Assembly (NCBI RefSeq): GCF_964204645.1
Contig: NC_134036.1
Coordinates: 7,505,093-7,569,092, forward strand
Direction: 5' to 3'
From: Tubulanus polymorphus
Taxonomy: Eukaryota > Animalia > Nemertea
DNA length: 64,000 nt
Below are positions 1 to 10,187 of the stretch, piece by piece (within the stretch, counting starts at the first letter, position 1; each line of letters opens with the position of its first letter). The notes under the pieces were generated by a model. The model saw only the letters and a program-made list of their open reading frames with translations. It was not told the DNA's origin and searched no databases. A program made the translations under genes and the position numbers.

Positions 1-277
1 AATTATTATCATTTGAATATATTTGATTATATAAATTTGTGTATTGTAATTAAATCAATTGGTCGTGGAGCGGAGCGATAGCGAAGCGGAGCGACCAATT
101 GATTTAATACAATATGCTTTTTATATTATTAATATCTTAGAATAAATATTTAGTTTTGATATAAAATACACGCGGTTATAAAAATATATTATAGTTTTTC
201 AATTACTTTTAATATTTTGTTTTTTAATGAGCTCGACCGTTCGACCTTTGGCCTGAAACAACTAAAACCCTATTACT
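1..277. mobile_element. Right terminus of a third, more divergent Polinton-family element (truncated by window edge)
   Basis: Ends GAGCTCGACCGTTCGACCTTTGGCCTGAAA...CCCTATTACT at 277, matching the subterminal and terminal motifs of element A (21631-21679). AT-rich, with an internal hairpin at 42-114, and it abuts a tandem repeat. Confidence 0.75.
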
Positions 278-541
278 AACGACGTTTTCGTACCGAAATG
301 TGCTTTTCCCGTCGATTTGAGCGCGTTTGCGGATCGTCATTTTCATTTTTCCGATACGGGGAGAAGTTGATGAGAAAACGTCTTTTCTCTCGCTGAACGA
401 CGTTTTCGGACCGAAATGTGCTTTTCCCGTCGATTTGAGCGCTTTCGCGCATCGACATTTTCATTTGTCCGATACGGGGAGAAGTTGATGAGAAAACGTC
501 TTTTCTCGCGCTGAACGACGTTTTCGGACCGAATTGTGCTT
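278..541. repeat. 118-bp tandem repeat (satellite A), about 2.2 units
   Basis: Unit AACGACGTTTTCG(T/G)ACCGAAATGTGCTTTTCCC...CGCTG starts at 278, 396 and 514. Confidence 0.95.
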
Positions 542-547
542 CGGACT

Positions 548-1999
548 ATCAGCAAAGCGTAGGTTGTCGACGACTCTGCCTCCAACAGATATTGGTGAAC
601 TGTGCTCGGTGAGGGCCTCTTGCATGATGTTCTCAAGAAAGATGTTGCAGAGGGTTGGTGACAGTAAGCAACCTTGTCGTACACCGAAGGATGTTGGAAA
701 ACAGTCACTCAGCTCGCTTCCAAGTTGGACCATGCTCCTGGAGACCTTGTATAGAGATTCTATTGCATTGACAATGCCTCTGCTGATGTTGAACTTCCTC
801 ATTACTGCCCACAGTCCGTCATGCCACACACCATCAAAGAATTTTTTGTAGTCGACAAAACTGTGGAACACTAGCTTTCCTAGCTCTCTATACTTCTCGC
901 ATATAATTCTCAGGTTAAATAATATCTGCTCCGTGGTCGACCTGCCTCTTCTAAAGACAGCTTGTTCTTCAGCCAGAATGGCTTCAGCCTGCGGTTGTAG
1001 GCGATTGAGGAGCACCTTAAGAAGGATCTTGCTCGGGTGGATTATCAGGCTTATTATAGTTCTATAATTCTCGCATTTCCTGGCACTTCCTTTCTTCTGG
1101 AAGGGACCACTAGTGACTTACACCAGTCCTCTGGCCATTCACCTGTTGCCATAACTTGGTTGCAAATGGTTGTGTACGACTTGATCAGAGTGGGACCACC
1201 ATTTCTCAGTAATTCAGCTGGGATGCTGTCGACACCAGGGGATTTTTCTGCTTTTAGGCTTTTGACTGCTGCCTCGACTTCAGCCTCCAAGATCACTGGT
1301 TCTGAATCTCCATTTTCCTCAGCTGTCTGGTTCTTGAGTTCGTCGATAACTGCAGCTTCTGCTGTTATCGGATAGTTATACAGATCAGATCAGTACTTCC
1401 GCCAGCGACTTATAACTTCGGTCTTCTCGGTGAGTGGTCTACCAGTCTTGTCTTCTATACAGCTACAGTTTTTTCGCTCTGGTTTCGTGAGTTCCTCGAT
1501 GGTCTGGTAAGCCGTTTTAGTAGAGTTTCTGTTAAAATCAGCCTCAATTGAGGTACATCTTCCCTCAAGCCACTTCTCCTTGGCGTCCTTGACTTCTTTC
1601 TTCACCTCCTTGTTGATGCTTCTATATGATTCTGCATCATCAGGGCAATTGAAGCGCTTGGATTTGAGAAGTCTGCGAGTATCGCACTTGGTAAGTAGTT
1701 GTTGAGTCATCCAAGGATGTTTGACCTTCTTCTTTCTACCAATGGCCTCCTCTGCTGATTCTAGTATAACAGTTCTTGCTTTCACGCTGAGTTCTTGTGC
1801 AGTCTCTTCTAGTTCAAGCAAAGGGGCAAATCTTCCACCAATAGCAATTTGGAAGGCTTCCTTTACTTCAGGCGTATGTAGCCTCTCTAAGTTGAACTTG
1901 TACGTGCCATTGTTTCTGTTCGGTATATTCTTCAGCCTCAAAGTCATTGAAGCTAAGACAAGGTCATGGTCACTCCCTATGTCGGCCCCTGCCTGGGAA
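548..1999 (-). mobile_element. Internal fragment of a non-LTR retrotransposon (RTE-like clade), APE C-terminus to RT, frameshifted
   Basis: ADIGSDHDLV (APE end, ~1955-1985), KSPGVDSIPAELL, EQAVFRRGRSTTEQI, FVDYKKFFD, GVRQGCLLSPTL and NLRFAD, broken at the catalytic motif at 548. Split over ORFs 1390-1947, 1054-1296 and 461-1015. Confidence 0.92.
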
Positions 2000-3072
2000 G
2001 TGAATATTATGATTATAGAAATGAAAATGTTATCAATCAGTTTTGCGACTTATTAATTGAATATGAAATGAAATTCAATGAATTATTAGATACTAATATA
2101 GAAATTATAATGACAGAACAAGATAAAGAAGAATTTGATTTTGCAGATAAATGTAATTATTGTAATCAAGTATTCTATTCATCTGATAAAATAGTAAGAG
2201 ATCTTGATCATTTGAATGGTAAATTTAGAGGTGCAGCACATGAGAATTGTAATTTACAAGCTAAGAAAATCAATTTTGTTCTAGTTATATTTCATAATTT
2301 ATCAGGATATGATGCTCATTTATTCATCAAGCAACTATGTTATAAAATAGAAGAAATCAATAATAAAATAGAAAGATTAAATTCAAATAGATCAAAAGAT
2401 GTTGCTAAAATACCAACTTATAAATTTAAAATGTTAGCTAAAACATCTGAGATTTAAATATCTTTCCAATTTGGATGTCTAAGATTTATAGATTCATATA
2501 CATTATTAAGTAGTTCGTTAGATGATTTATCAAAATCATTAGTTGGTGATGAATTAAAAATATTAAAACAACAATATCCAAATAATGATGATTTTCAATT
2601 AATGAAATATAAAGGCGCGATTCCATATTCATTTTATAAATCGCATAATGATTTTAACATAACTGAATTATTAAAAGAACAATTTTATGATGAATTAAGA
2701 TCCGAATATGTTAAAGAGGGAGTTTATAATAGAACATTGAATATTTGGAATCATTTCAAAATAAAAACTCATGGACAATTAGTAGATTTATCTTTAAAAT
2801 CAGATGTATTATCATTTACTGATATATTTGAAAGGTATAAAGATGTAAATCTAAAATATTTCAATATTGATCCACTTCATTGTTATTCGAGTCCATGTTT
2901 AACTTGGTATTGTGGTTTAAAATTTACAGTTATAAAAATGGATTTATTAACAAATATAGATCAATTATCATTATTTGAAAAATGTATAAGAGGAGGCATT
3001 TCAGGTGTATTAGGTGATACATATTTCAATGTAAATGATAATCCTGGATATAAGTTTCTATATATAGATGCA
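1997..3072 (+). pseudogene. polB: Degenerate pPolB fragment of an older Polinton, 5' part, interrupted by element A
   Basis: ORFs 1966-2457 and 2602-3132 align to the intact pPolB (CxxC..DLDHLNGKFRGAAHENCN, FHNLSGYDAH, IRGGIS, LYIDA). In-frame stop at 2455-2457. Confidence 0.93.
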
Positions 3073-3528
3073 AGTAATAGGGGTAATGGGCTTTCAGGCC
3101 AAAGGTCGAACGGTCGAGCTCGTAAAAAATGAAAAACATAAAAATAATAACAATTTCTACTTGAATTACTCGCAAAACTCATAAAAATGAAAAATAAATT
3201 CTCACACGCTCGAATTTATTTTTCATTTTATGAGTTTCACTCCTAATTCAAGTAGAAATTGTAATTATTTTTATGTTTTTCATTTTTACTCACCCGCCCG
3301 TTCAACCTTTAACCCGAAAGCCTATTACCCCTATTACTCTTCAAATATTCATATATATGAATAACATTTAAATCATTGAACTTCTAAAATCAATTTTAAT
3401 AAAAAATATAGTATTAAAATGGAAGCAAATAAGTACTACTGCCCAACATGTAATATCGATATAGATAAATCCCAAAAAGCAAGACAAAATAAAACTAGAA
3501 CACATTTAGAGAATAAATTGAAACTAGA
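3073..3528 (+). repeat. Left TIR of element A (3073-3338 is an internal fold-back)
   Basis: Reverse complement of 21223-21679 with a few mismatches. Extends 37 codons into the first ORF. Confidence 0.95.
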
Positions 3529-3670
3529 ATATTTACAGTTATATTCAGAACAGTTAACAAAGGGAAAGAAATTTATTGAATTATGGAATAATGATCCAAA
3601 TAATAAACAATACGTTGAGGAATTTGATATCAAGGAATCGAAACAACTTATCAAAAGCAGCGAGGAATGA
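3419..3670 (+). CDS. 83-aa chimeric protein: TIR-encoded pPolB N-terminal Zn-finger-like segment plus HNH-like C-terminal tail
   Basis: The first 38 aa match the pPolB N-terminus. The tail LQLYSEQLTKGKKFIELWN resembles the end of 3748-4401. Intact in element B as well. Confidence 0.7.
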   Translation: MEANKYYCPTCNIDIDKSQKARQNKTRTHLENKLKLEYLQLYSEQLTKGKKFIELWNNDPNNKQYVEEFDIKESKQLIKSSEE

Positions 3671-3747
3671 AAAAGGATGACGTTGGTCGAAGAAATGGAA
3701 GAGGATTCTAAAATATTAACCAATTTAGTAAAAAATACGTATAATAA

Positions 3748-4401
3748 ATGGAACCAGAACAACCACAAACTATCAATATTACAAATAACACTGGTGTTAT
3801 AAATATATATTACAAGAAGTGTTCTAAATGTGAATTAGATAAATTAGCTTTAACAGAATTTAGTAAGCGTAAGATTAGCAAAGATGGTTTTCAATATTGC
3901 TGTAAAACTTGCACTAAACTATATACCAAACAATACCGAGAAGATAATAGAGAATCTTATAATGATTATATGACAGAATATATGAGAGAAAGATATCAAA
4001 CAGATCTTAATTTTAGATTGAAACAATGCTTAAGGTCTAGATTAACACAATTATTCAATAAAGAAACACATTCAGAAACATTATCTAATTTATTGGGTTG
4101 TTCAGATGAATTTCTCAAATCATGGATTATATTTCAATTCGATGATAAAATGAATATAGATAATTACGGTGAATACTTTCATATTGATCACGTGTTACCA
4201 ATATCTAAATTTAACATGAATGATGAATACAATAAAAAACTTATTTGGGGTTGGAGAAATTTAAGGCCTCTTGAAAAGAAAGAAAACATAATTAAATCTA
4301 ATAAACTAGATATACAGTTGTATTTAGATCAACTGGATAAAGCAAAGACATTTGTTGAATTATGGAATTCAACACATAATGAAAAATACGTTGAAGCTTA
4401 A
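3748..4401 (+). CDS. Zn-finger plus HNH-type endonuclease
   Basis: CSKC...CKTC followed by FHIDHVLP...WRNLRPL..KENIIKSNK. Confidence 0.85.
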   Translation: MEPEQPQTINITNNTGVINIYYKKCSKCELDKLALTEFSKRKISKDGFQYCCKTCTKLYTKQYREDNRESYNDYMTEYMRERYQTDLNFRLKQCLRSRLTQLFNKETHSETLSNLLGCSDEFLKSWIIFQFDDKMNIDNYGEYFHIDHVLPISKFNMNDEYNKKLIWGWRNLRPLEKKENIIKSNKLDIQLYLDQLDKAKTFVELWNSTHNEKYVEA

Positions 4402-4803
4402 GTGCTTAGAAAACCGGTTACTCTCGATCTATGTCAAACCGCCTATATTTAATTGTATTATGTTGTTTACAAAAACATCTGTGCCGTATTTCATATTCAG
4501 TTGAATGGGGCGCACCTCATTTGAATATTGATCGAAGGTGCTATTTCAGTTGAAAAGGATTAATCACAAAGGAACATCTGTTACAATCCAGGCAAACATG
4601 CAGAAGTAATTAGTTTGGTTGAACGTGCGCCACGTCGGCAGTTAGAAATCAACTTTCACATACATAGTACGTATTGGATATTCTCTCTCAAAACACAGTT
4701 TACAGTTCTAAATCTAAATGTAAGTACATATATTATGAAGTAGGGAAACCTTTAAACATATTTAAGTACAGTCATTCATTTTCACGACATCTTTTAGATT
4801 AAA

Positions 4804-5270
4804 ATGGAACACAAAGATCAACCAGAAATTCTAAGCCAACCAACGGATGAGGAACGATTGCTACTGGATAGTGAAACTCAGGAATCAATAGAAATGGAGG
4901 ATGAAACTCTCGTAATTGACGAACAAACTTCACAAAATTATAAGAACATTTGGACTATCATCAAGAAATGGTGAAAACTCTGAGTGATGAAATACATAAT
5001 AAACAATTACCGCGCGAACTACAATTACCAAAATTACCAGCAACGCGACTCAAATTGCTATTGGGGCTCAAAGAATCGAAAACTAAGAAAATGAGTGGAG
5101 ATATCAGTGCCGGTTTTGAAAGAAAACTGAGAAGAGTAGGTAGATTAATAAAATATGAAAAATTCAAAATATTAGGATTAGCATTTAGTGAAGTAGTAAG
5201 ACATTTACCAGAAATTGAAGAAATGATTGGAAACAATCCAGTAATTAAAGAATTCTGGACAAAATTATAA
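4804..5270 (+). pseudogene. Probable frameshifted accessory gene (~155 aa, acidic N-terminus), found only in element A
   Basis: ATG at 4804 in TAAAATG context opens 56 codons that overlap ORF 4950-5270 in another frame. One missing base near 4942 would join them. Confidence 0.5.
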
Positions 5271-5366
5271 ATTATAACACTGAAGGTCTTTGTAATATAG
5301 ATATCAAAAAATGTAATCTCGATTGTATATATCTGTTTTAATATTGTATTGTTTACTGTTAACTAA

Positions 5367-5615
5367 GTATTGCGCAATAACCGGTCCTATTCGACCGCAT
5401 TTCTATTGTTCTCCATTGTTCTATTATTGATCGTTGTTAGAATAAAAATATAACTGTGTATTGCGCAATAACCGGTCCTATTGGACCGCATTTCTATTAT
5501 TCTCCATTGTTCTATTATTGATCGTTGTTAGAATAAAAATATAAATGTGTATTGCGCAATAACCGGTCCTATTGGACCGCATTTCTATTGTTCTCCATTG
5601 TTCTATTATCGATCG
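5367..5615. repeat. 91-bp tandem repeat, about 2.7 units, containing palindromes
   Basis: Units start at 5367, 5458 and 5549. Each has TATTGCGCAATA and CGGTCCTATT(C/G)GACCG. Confidence 0.92.
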
Positions 5616-6026
5616 CTAAAATTTGTATAATAAATATATGTGTTTATGAAATAGTAATTCCACCAGTCGTTTCTTTGAATTTATTTTCAGTTGAGGATTT
5701 GATATCGAGGATCCGAAATGACTTATCTGGACAGTTATAGTTACCGCTCCTATAGATAGACAATAGTAGTGAGATAATCTAAATCCTAATTTAAATAAAA
5801 TATAATAAAAAAACAATAACTTCAACTAGCTAGTGAATTCTGTTATATTTTTAATATTTTCTTTTGGTAATTCTAATTGACATTAGATTGAATAGATTTT
5901 GAATAGATTTGAATAGAAATTCTTTAACTTTAACTAACCTAGTCAATTTAGTATTAACCTAAAGAGATACTAGTATCATTTGAAGAATACTTATAATATT
6001 TTTTTTGCTTTTTTCCTCTAATATAA

Positions 6027-6629
6027 ATGTCAAAGAAATCGAGTAAGAATAATATTGATATTGAAAAGACATTAGATGATTTAGGTATTAGTGATAATAA
6101 AGATACAGTTGTTTCTAATTCTATTCAAGTTAATAACAATATAGATTATGAATACTATTTATATTGTAAGCACCATATAGAACTATTGATTGCCGGTGGA
6201 AAAACTAATGAGTTTTTAAATAGAATCATTACTTTTCAAGAATTAGATGCTATGAAACCCGATAAAGTAATAAAATATTTTAAGATTTATGAAGAAGCTC
6301 GATTAGCTAGAATAAATGATTCTATTTCAGATGGTATTGTCAAATGTTATTCTAAGTTATGTAACCAGTTAATACCAATTGATGATGAAAATAAATTATA
6401 TAATGATTTGAAAAATGACTATTTAGTTATGACTGAATTACAAAAATGGGTTGGATATGCTTCATTTCAATTAGGATCGGTTATGACATTAATTTCTACT
6501 GGTGTCATAACATTTTCGAACATCAAACCTATGGAATATAAATCAGGTAAGAACGAAACAGATGTACTACAACAAAACATCGAAACAGAAAATGAATCAG
6601 AACAAAAATTAACTAAAATAAATGAGTGA
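6027..6629 (+). CDS. Polinton hypothetical protein, 200 aa, with a hydrophobic segment near the C-terminus
   Basis: TAAATG start. Homologous to element B 46639-47223. Confidence 0.8.
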   Translation: MSKKSSKNNIDIEKTLDDLGISDNKDTVVSNSIQVNNNIDYEYYLYCKHHIELLIAGGKTNEFLNRIITFQELDAMKPDKVIKYFKIYEEARLARINDSISDGIVKCYSKLCNQLIPIDDENKLYNDLKNDYLVMTELQKWVGYASFQLGSVMTLISTGVITFSNIKPMEYKSGKNETDVLQQNIETENESEQKLTKINE

Positions 6630-7020
6630 TGGAGTTAAGAAAAAGCTTAGATCTGAGAAACAAATTAAATGGGCAAGAGAATTAGGTAAAATATCATCAG
6701 AATTAAAAAAAGCTAAGAAAAAGAAATTAACTGATATAAATGAATCACAAAAATTATCTGATGATGCCGTACAGCACCCACACGGTGGTATTGATTCAAA
6801 TAATAATCCATCTAATTCTTATAATGCTGGAAGTAATAATAAATTATATATTACAATTGGATTAGTAACAGTTATTATATTATCTGGTGTAATATATAAA
6901 TCAAAATTCAAATCTGATGATAAAGATGATTCCAATGACAATCGGAAACATATTATACCCGAAAATAAGTCAAATCATAAAGTCATTGAAAATAAATCTA
7001 AAATATTATTAATGGATTAA
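6622..7020 (+). CDS. Single-pass membrane protein, 132 aa, basic N-terminus
   Basis: Hydrophobic helix LYITIGLVTVIILSGVIY. Conserved in element B. Confidence 0.8.
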   Translation: MSDGVKKKLRSEKQIKWARELGKISSELKKAKKKKLTDINESQKLSDDAVQHPHGGIDSNNNPSNSYNAGSNNKLYITIGLVTVIILSGVIYKSKFKSDDKDDSNDNRKHIIPENKSNHKVIENKSKILLMD

Positions 7021-7023
7021 AAT

Positions 7024-8112
7024 ATGATGAAAAAAGAACAATATTTAAGAGAGTTATATTATAACCCAGAAAGTGAAGTATCATATTCAAGTGTTTCGGA
7101 ATTATGGGATAAAATTAAATCTGATAAAGAAAAAATAAAATATAGTGAATTAAAATCATGGTTACAAAATCAACCCACATATCAAATTCATAAAAAGATG
7201 GATAAAAAATATTTAACAAGAAAAGTAATGGTTTCATATATCGATCAACAATGGCAAGCTGATTTAATTGACATGAAAAACTTAGAAGAATATAACAAAG
7301 GATATTTTTGGATACTAAATGTTATAGATATATTCAGTAGATACGCATGGAGTATCCCGATTAAAAATAAAACCGGTATAGAAGTTACAAATTCTTTCAA
7401 ATTAATATTTAAAGAAGCTATCCCAGATAAAATACAATTTGATGAAGGTAAGGAATTTTATAACAAACATTTCAAAAAACTATTAACTGATAACGATGTA
7501 GAATATTTTTCAACACATTCAGATAAAAAAGCATCTATTATAGAAAGATTTAATAAAACATTGAAAACTAGAATGTGGAAATATTTCACCGCTAATGAAA
7601 CATACAAATATATCGATGTGTTAGATGATTTAGTGAAAGGTTATAATAATTCTAAACATAGTTCTATAAATATGAAACCTATACAAGCTAGAAAAGAAGA
7701 AAATTCAGAAATAGTTTGGAATAATTTATATGGAGCATTTGTTACACATGATTTTGGAGAACCTAAATTTAAAATAGGACAACATGTTAGAATTTCTAAA
7801 TATAGAAAAACATTTTATAAAGGTTATACCCCTAATTTTACTGGAGAAATATTTAAAATTAAAAAGATAATATTAACTAAACCATTTGTTTATAAATTGT
7901 TTGATTTAAAAGATGAAGAAATATTAGGTTATTTTTATGAACAAGAATTATCATTAGTACCAAATCCAGATGAAATAGAATACAAAATAGAAAAGGTATT
8001 GAAAACAAAAACTCTTAAAGGAAAAAAGTATTCTTTGGTGAAATATAAAGGATATGATGATAAATTTAATGAATGGATTTTATCTAGTAAAATTAAAAGA
8101 ATAAATGAATAA
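7024..8112 (+). CDS. int: Retroviral-type (rve) integrase with C-terminal chromodomain
   Basis: DDE motifs WQADLIDM, VIDIFSRYAW, IQFDEGKEF and IERFNKTLK. Chromodomain-like YKIEKVLK...LVKYKGYDDKFNEW. Confidence 0.96.
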   Translation: MMKKEQYLRELYYNPESEVSYSSVSELWDKIKSDKEKIKYSELKSWLQNQPTYQIHKKMDKKYLTRKVMVSYIDQQWQADLIDMKNLEEYNKGYFWILNVIDIFSRYAWSIPIKNKTGIEVTNSFKLIFKEAIPDKIQFDEGKEFYNKHFKKLLTDNDVEYFSTHSDKKASIIERFNKTLKTRMWKYFTANETYKYIDVLDDLVKGYNNSKHSSINMKPIQARKEENSEIVWNNLYGAFVTHDFGEPKFKIGQHVRISKYRKTFYKGYTPNFTGEIFKIKKIILTKPFVYKLFDLKDEEILGYFYEQELSLVPNPDEIEYKIEKVLKTKTLKGKKYSLVKYKGYDDKFNEWILSSKIKRINE

Positions 8113-8719
8113 AGATTTGTTTTTATTTGAACCACATAATATGTTAATAACTGGAGTTACAAATTGTGGTAAAACACACTTCATATTATATTTATTAGAA
8201 ACTATTTATAAAAATCATTTTGATAATATAATATTATTCTGCCCAACTTATGAAATGAATGAAACGTATAATAGAGATATAGTTTTTAAAGATAAAAAGT
8301 TTATTATATTAAATTCTAAAACAGTGAAAGATAATTTAGATAATTGTATAAAAATAGCAATTGATACTTATAAAGGATCAAATACATTATTCATTATAGA
8401 TGATTGCGCAAATTTACATGATTCTAAAATTAGAGAAAGTGAGTTATGTTATTTAGCTTTCTCTGGTAGACATTTTGGGATAACAACATGGGTTTTAAAT
8501 CAGAAATATAATTCAATTGTGAAAGATTTTAGAGAGAATATAAGATTTCTAGTTTTATTCTACAACAAAGATAGAAAATCTATGCAACAATCATTGGAAG
8601 AAAATCAAATTATACCTACTGAATTACATGATGAATATATGAATAAATTAAAGAATAATAAAGGTTCCAAATTACTTATGAGATTACAATTTCCCTATGA
8701 ATATAAATTTATAAAATAA
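8105..8719 (+). CDS. A32/FtsK-like genome packaging ATPase
   Basis: Walker A GVTNCGKT, Walker B LFIIDD, GRHFGI, and Q...FREN. Confidence 0.93.
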   Translation: MNKDLFLFEPHNMLITGVTNCGKTHFILYLLETIYKNHFDNIILFCPTYEMNETYNRDIVFKDKKFIILNSKTVKDNLDNCIKIAIDTYKGSNTLFIIDDCANLHDSKIRESELCYLAFSGRHFGITTWVLNQKYNSIVKDFRENIRFLVLFYNKDRKSMQQSLEENQIIPTELHDEYMNKLKNNKGSKLLMRLQFPYEYKFIK

Positions 8720-8735
8720 AATCCTAATTCAAAAT

Positions 8736-9095
8736 ATTATAGAATTCACTGTATACTAATGGATGAGTGGATGAATTGGATGAATTGGATGAGTGGATGA
8801 ATGGATGAGTGTAATAATATATAATTTACATATGTTTTTTATTTTTAAAACAGTAAGAGTTTGATTTGAAGTTATTTTATCAATTTTATACTATATTTAA
8901 ATATTATTTTAATAATATATATATATTGTGTTAAATTTAATAAAGAATAAAAATATTATATTTATACTCATACTATTCTTCCAATTTATGTGTTAAAAAG
9001 TAAAATATATATATTATTATACTCATCCACTCTTCCACTCATCCAACTCATCCAACTCATCCATTCATCCATCAATATACAGTGAATTCTATAAT
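8736..9095. repeat. Inverted repeat with GGATGA-type sub-repeats between convergent genes
   Basis: ATTATAGAATTCACTGTATA..(GGATGA n) at 8736-8825 mirrors (TCATCC n)..TATACAGTGAATTCTATAAT at 9002-9095. Confidence 0.85.
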
Positions 9096-9156
9096 CTTTT
9101 TAATTTTCATTTTCATATTTTTCTTTAAGCTTATTGTATTCTAAATATATATCCCT

Positions 9157-10155
9157 TTACATTTTCTTTGGTATAATTCCTAAATAATTCTCGAGTTTAT
9201 ATTTCCTAAATGTTTCTCTTGAAAATATTTTTGGAATATAATTTTCGATTTCAGTTTTAGATGGATGTTTATTTAAAAATTCTCTAAAATCATCATATTT
9301 AAGTTCAAATAAGTTCATTGCATAAGTTACATTTGGTTTAAAGTTATCTAACTTTTTCAATATGGTTACTATATCATTACTCAAGAAATAATCTATAAAT
9401 GTTTTTCTATACCACCGATAATCTAATATATTCTTATTATTAAATTTTGGATTTATAACTGTTGGATTTTCTATTACATTATCTGTACCAATATGTTTAA
9501 TTGAGTATTTATGATTCAATTGTTTATCATATATTACATATTCTTTACATTTTTCACACCAAGATTTAAATACTTGTATTGCATGGGCTGAATCATTTCC
9601 ACCTTTTGTTTTTAATTTATAATGTTTTGCCCAATTAGCCTTTGTTATACATTCATTACAGAAGGCACAATAATTCTGATCCTCTTTGCATTTATCTTTA
9701 TATATATTGGCATATGTTTTTACTAATTGTAAAATATGTTCATCTTTTTTGATGTGTAATAGATAATCATTATAATTATCAAAATCTTCTTCACAATACA
9801 TACATCTGATGTTATCTTTTGGTTGAACATTTGATTTTTCTATTTTAGGTTCAATATTATATTCTATTTTTGTTTCAATCTTATCATCATTCGATGTAGA
9901 AGGTATAACATTATCTTCTATTTTAGATTCAATATCATCTTCTATTTTATATTCAATATCATTCTTATCTTCTATTTTAGGTTCAATATTATCTTCTATT
10001 TTTGTTTCAATATTCTTATCTATTTTACTTATTCTATATTTGAATTGATTAAAGTAATCTCCAAAATACTTACTGTATTCATCATAAGGTAATATATAAT
10101 ATATATCTGATATCATTTCACTTGGAGATTGTATTTCATATATTCCACCTTCCAT
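9157..10155 (-). CDS. Variable protein with KIEDNIE repeats and C2H2/U1-type Zn-finger motifs
   Basis: CMYC..H..H, CAFC..H..H and CEKC..H..H. Follows MCP. Confidence 0.75.
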   Translation of the reverse strand: MEGGIYEIQSPSEMISDIYYILPYDEYSKYFGDYFNQFKYRISKIDKNIETKIEDNIEPKIEDKNDIEYKIEDDIESKIEDNVIPSTSNDDKIETKIEYNIEPKIEKSNVQPKDNIRCMYCEEDFDNYNDYLLHIKKDEHILQLVKTYANIYKDKCKEDQNYCAFCNECITKANWAKHYKLKTKGGNDSAHAIQVFKSWCEKCKEYVIYDKQLNHKYSIKHIGTDNVIENPTVINPKFNNKNILDYRWYRKTFIDYFLSNDIVTILKKLDNFKPNVTYAMNLFELKYDDFREFLNKHPSKTEIENYIPKIFSRETFRKYKLENYLGIIPKKM

Positions 10156-10187
10156 TTAATATAAGATTTTTTATTAAAGTTAAAATT

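Noticed and set aside
66-92. AAV Rep-binding element or parvoviral origin
   Set aside because: The GAGC repeats are imperfect and no HUH Rep gene is visible in the window.
276-708. ORFs 276-464 and 343-708
   Set aside because: They are readings of the 118-bp repeat and of off-frame LINE sequence.
1966-2457. LINE-pPolB fusion gene
   Set aside because: The start codon comes from the antisense LINE strand across a deletion junction, and the pPolB part has stops.
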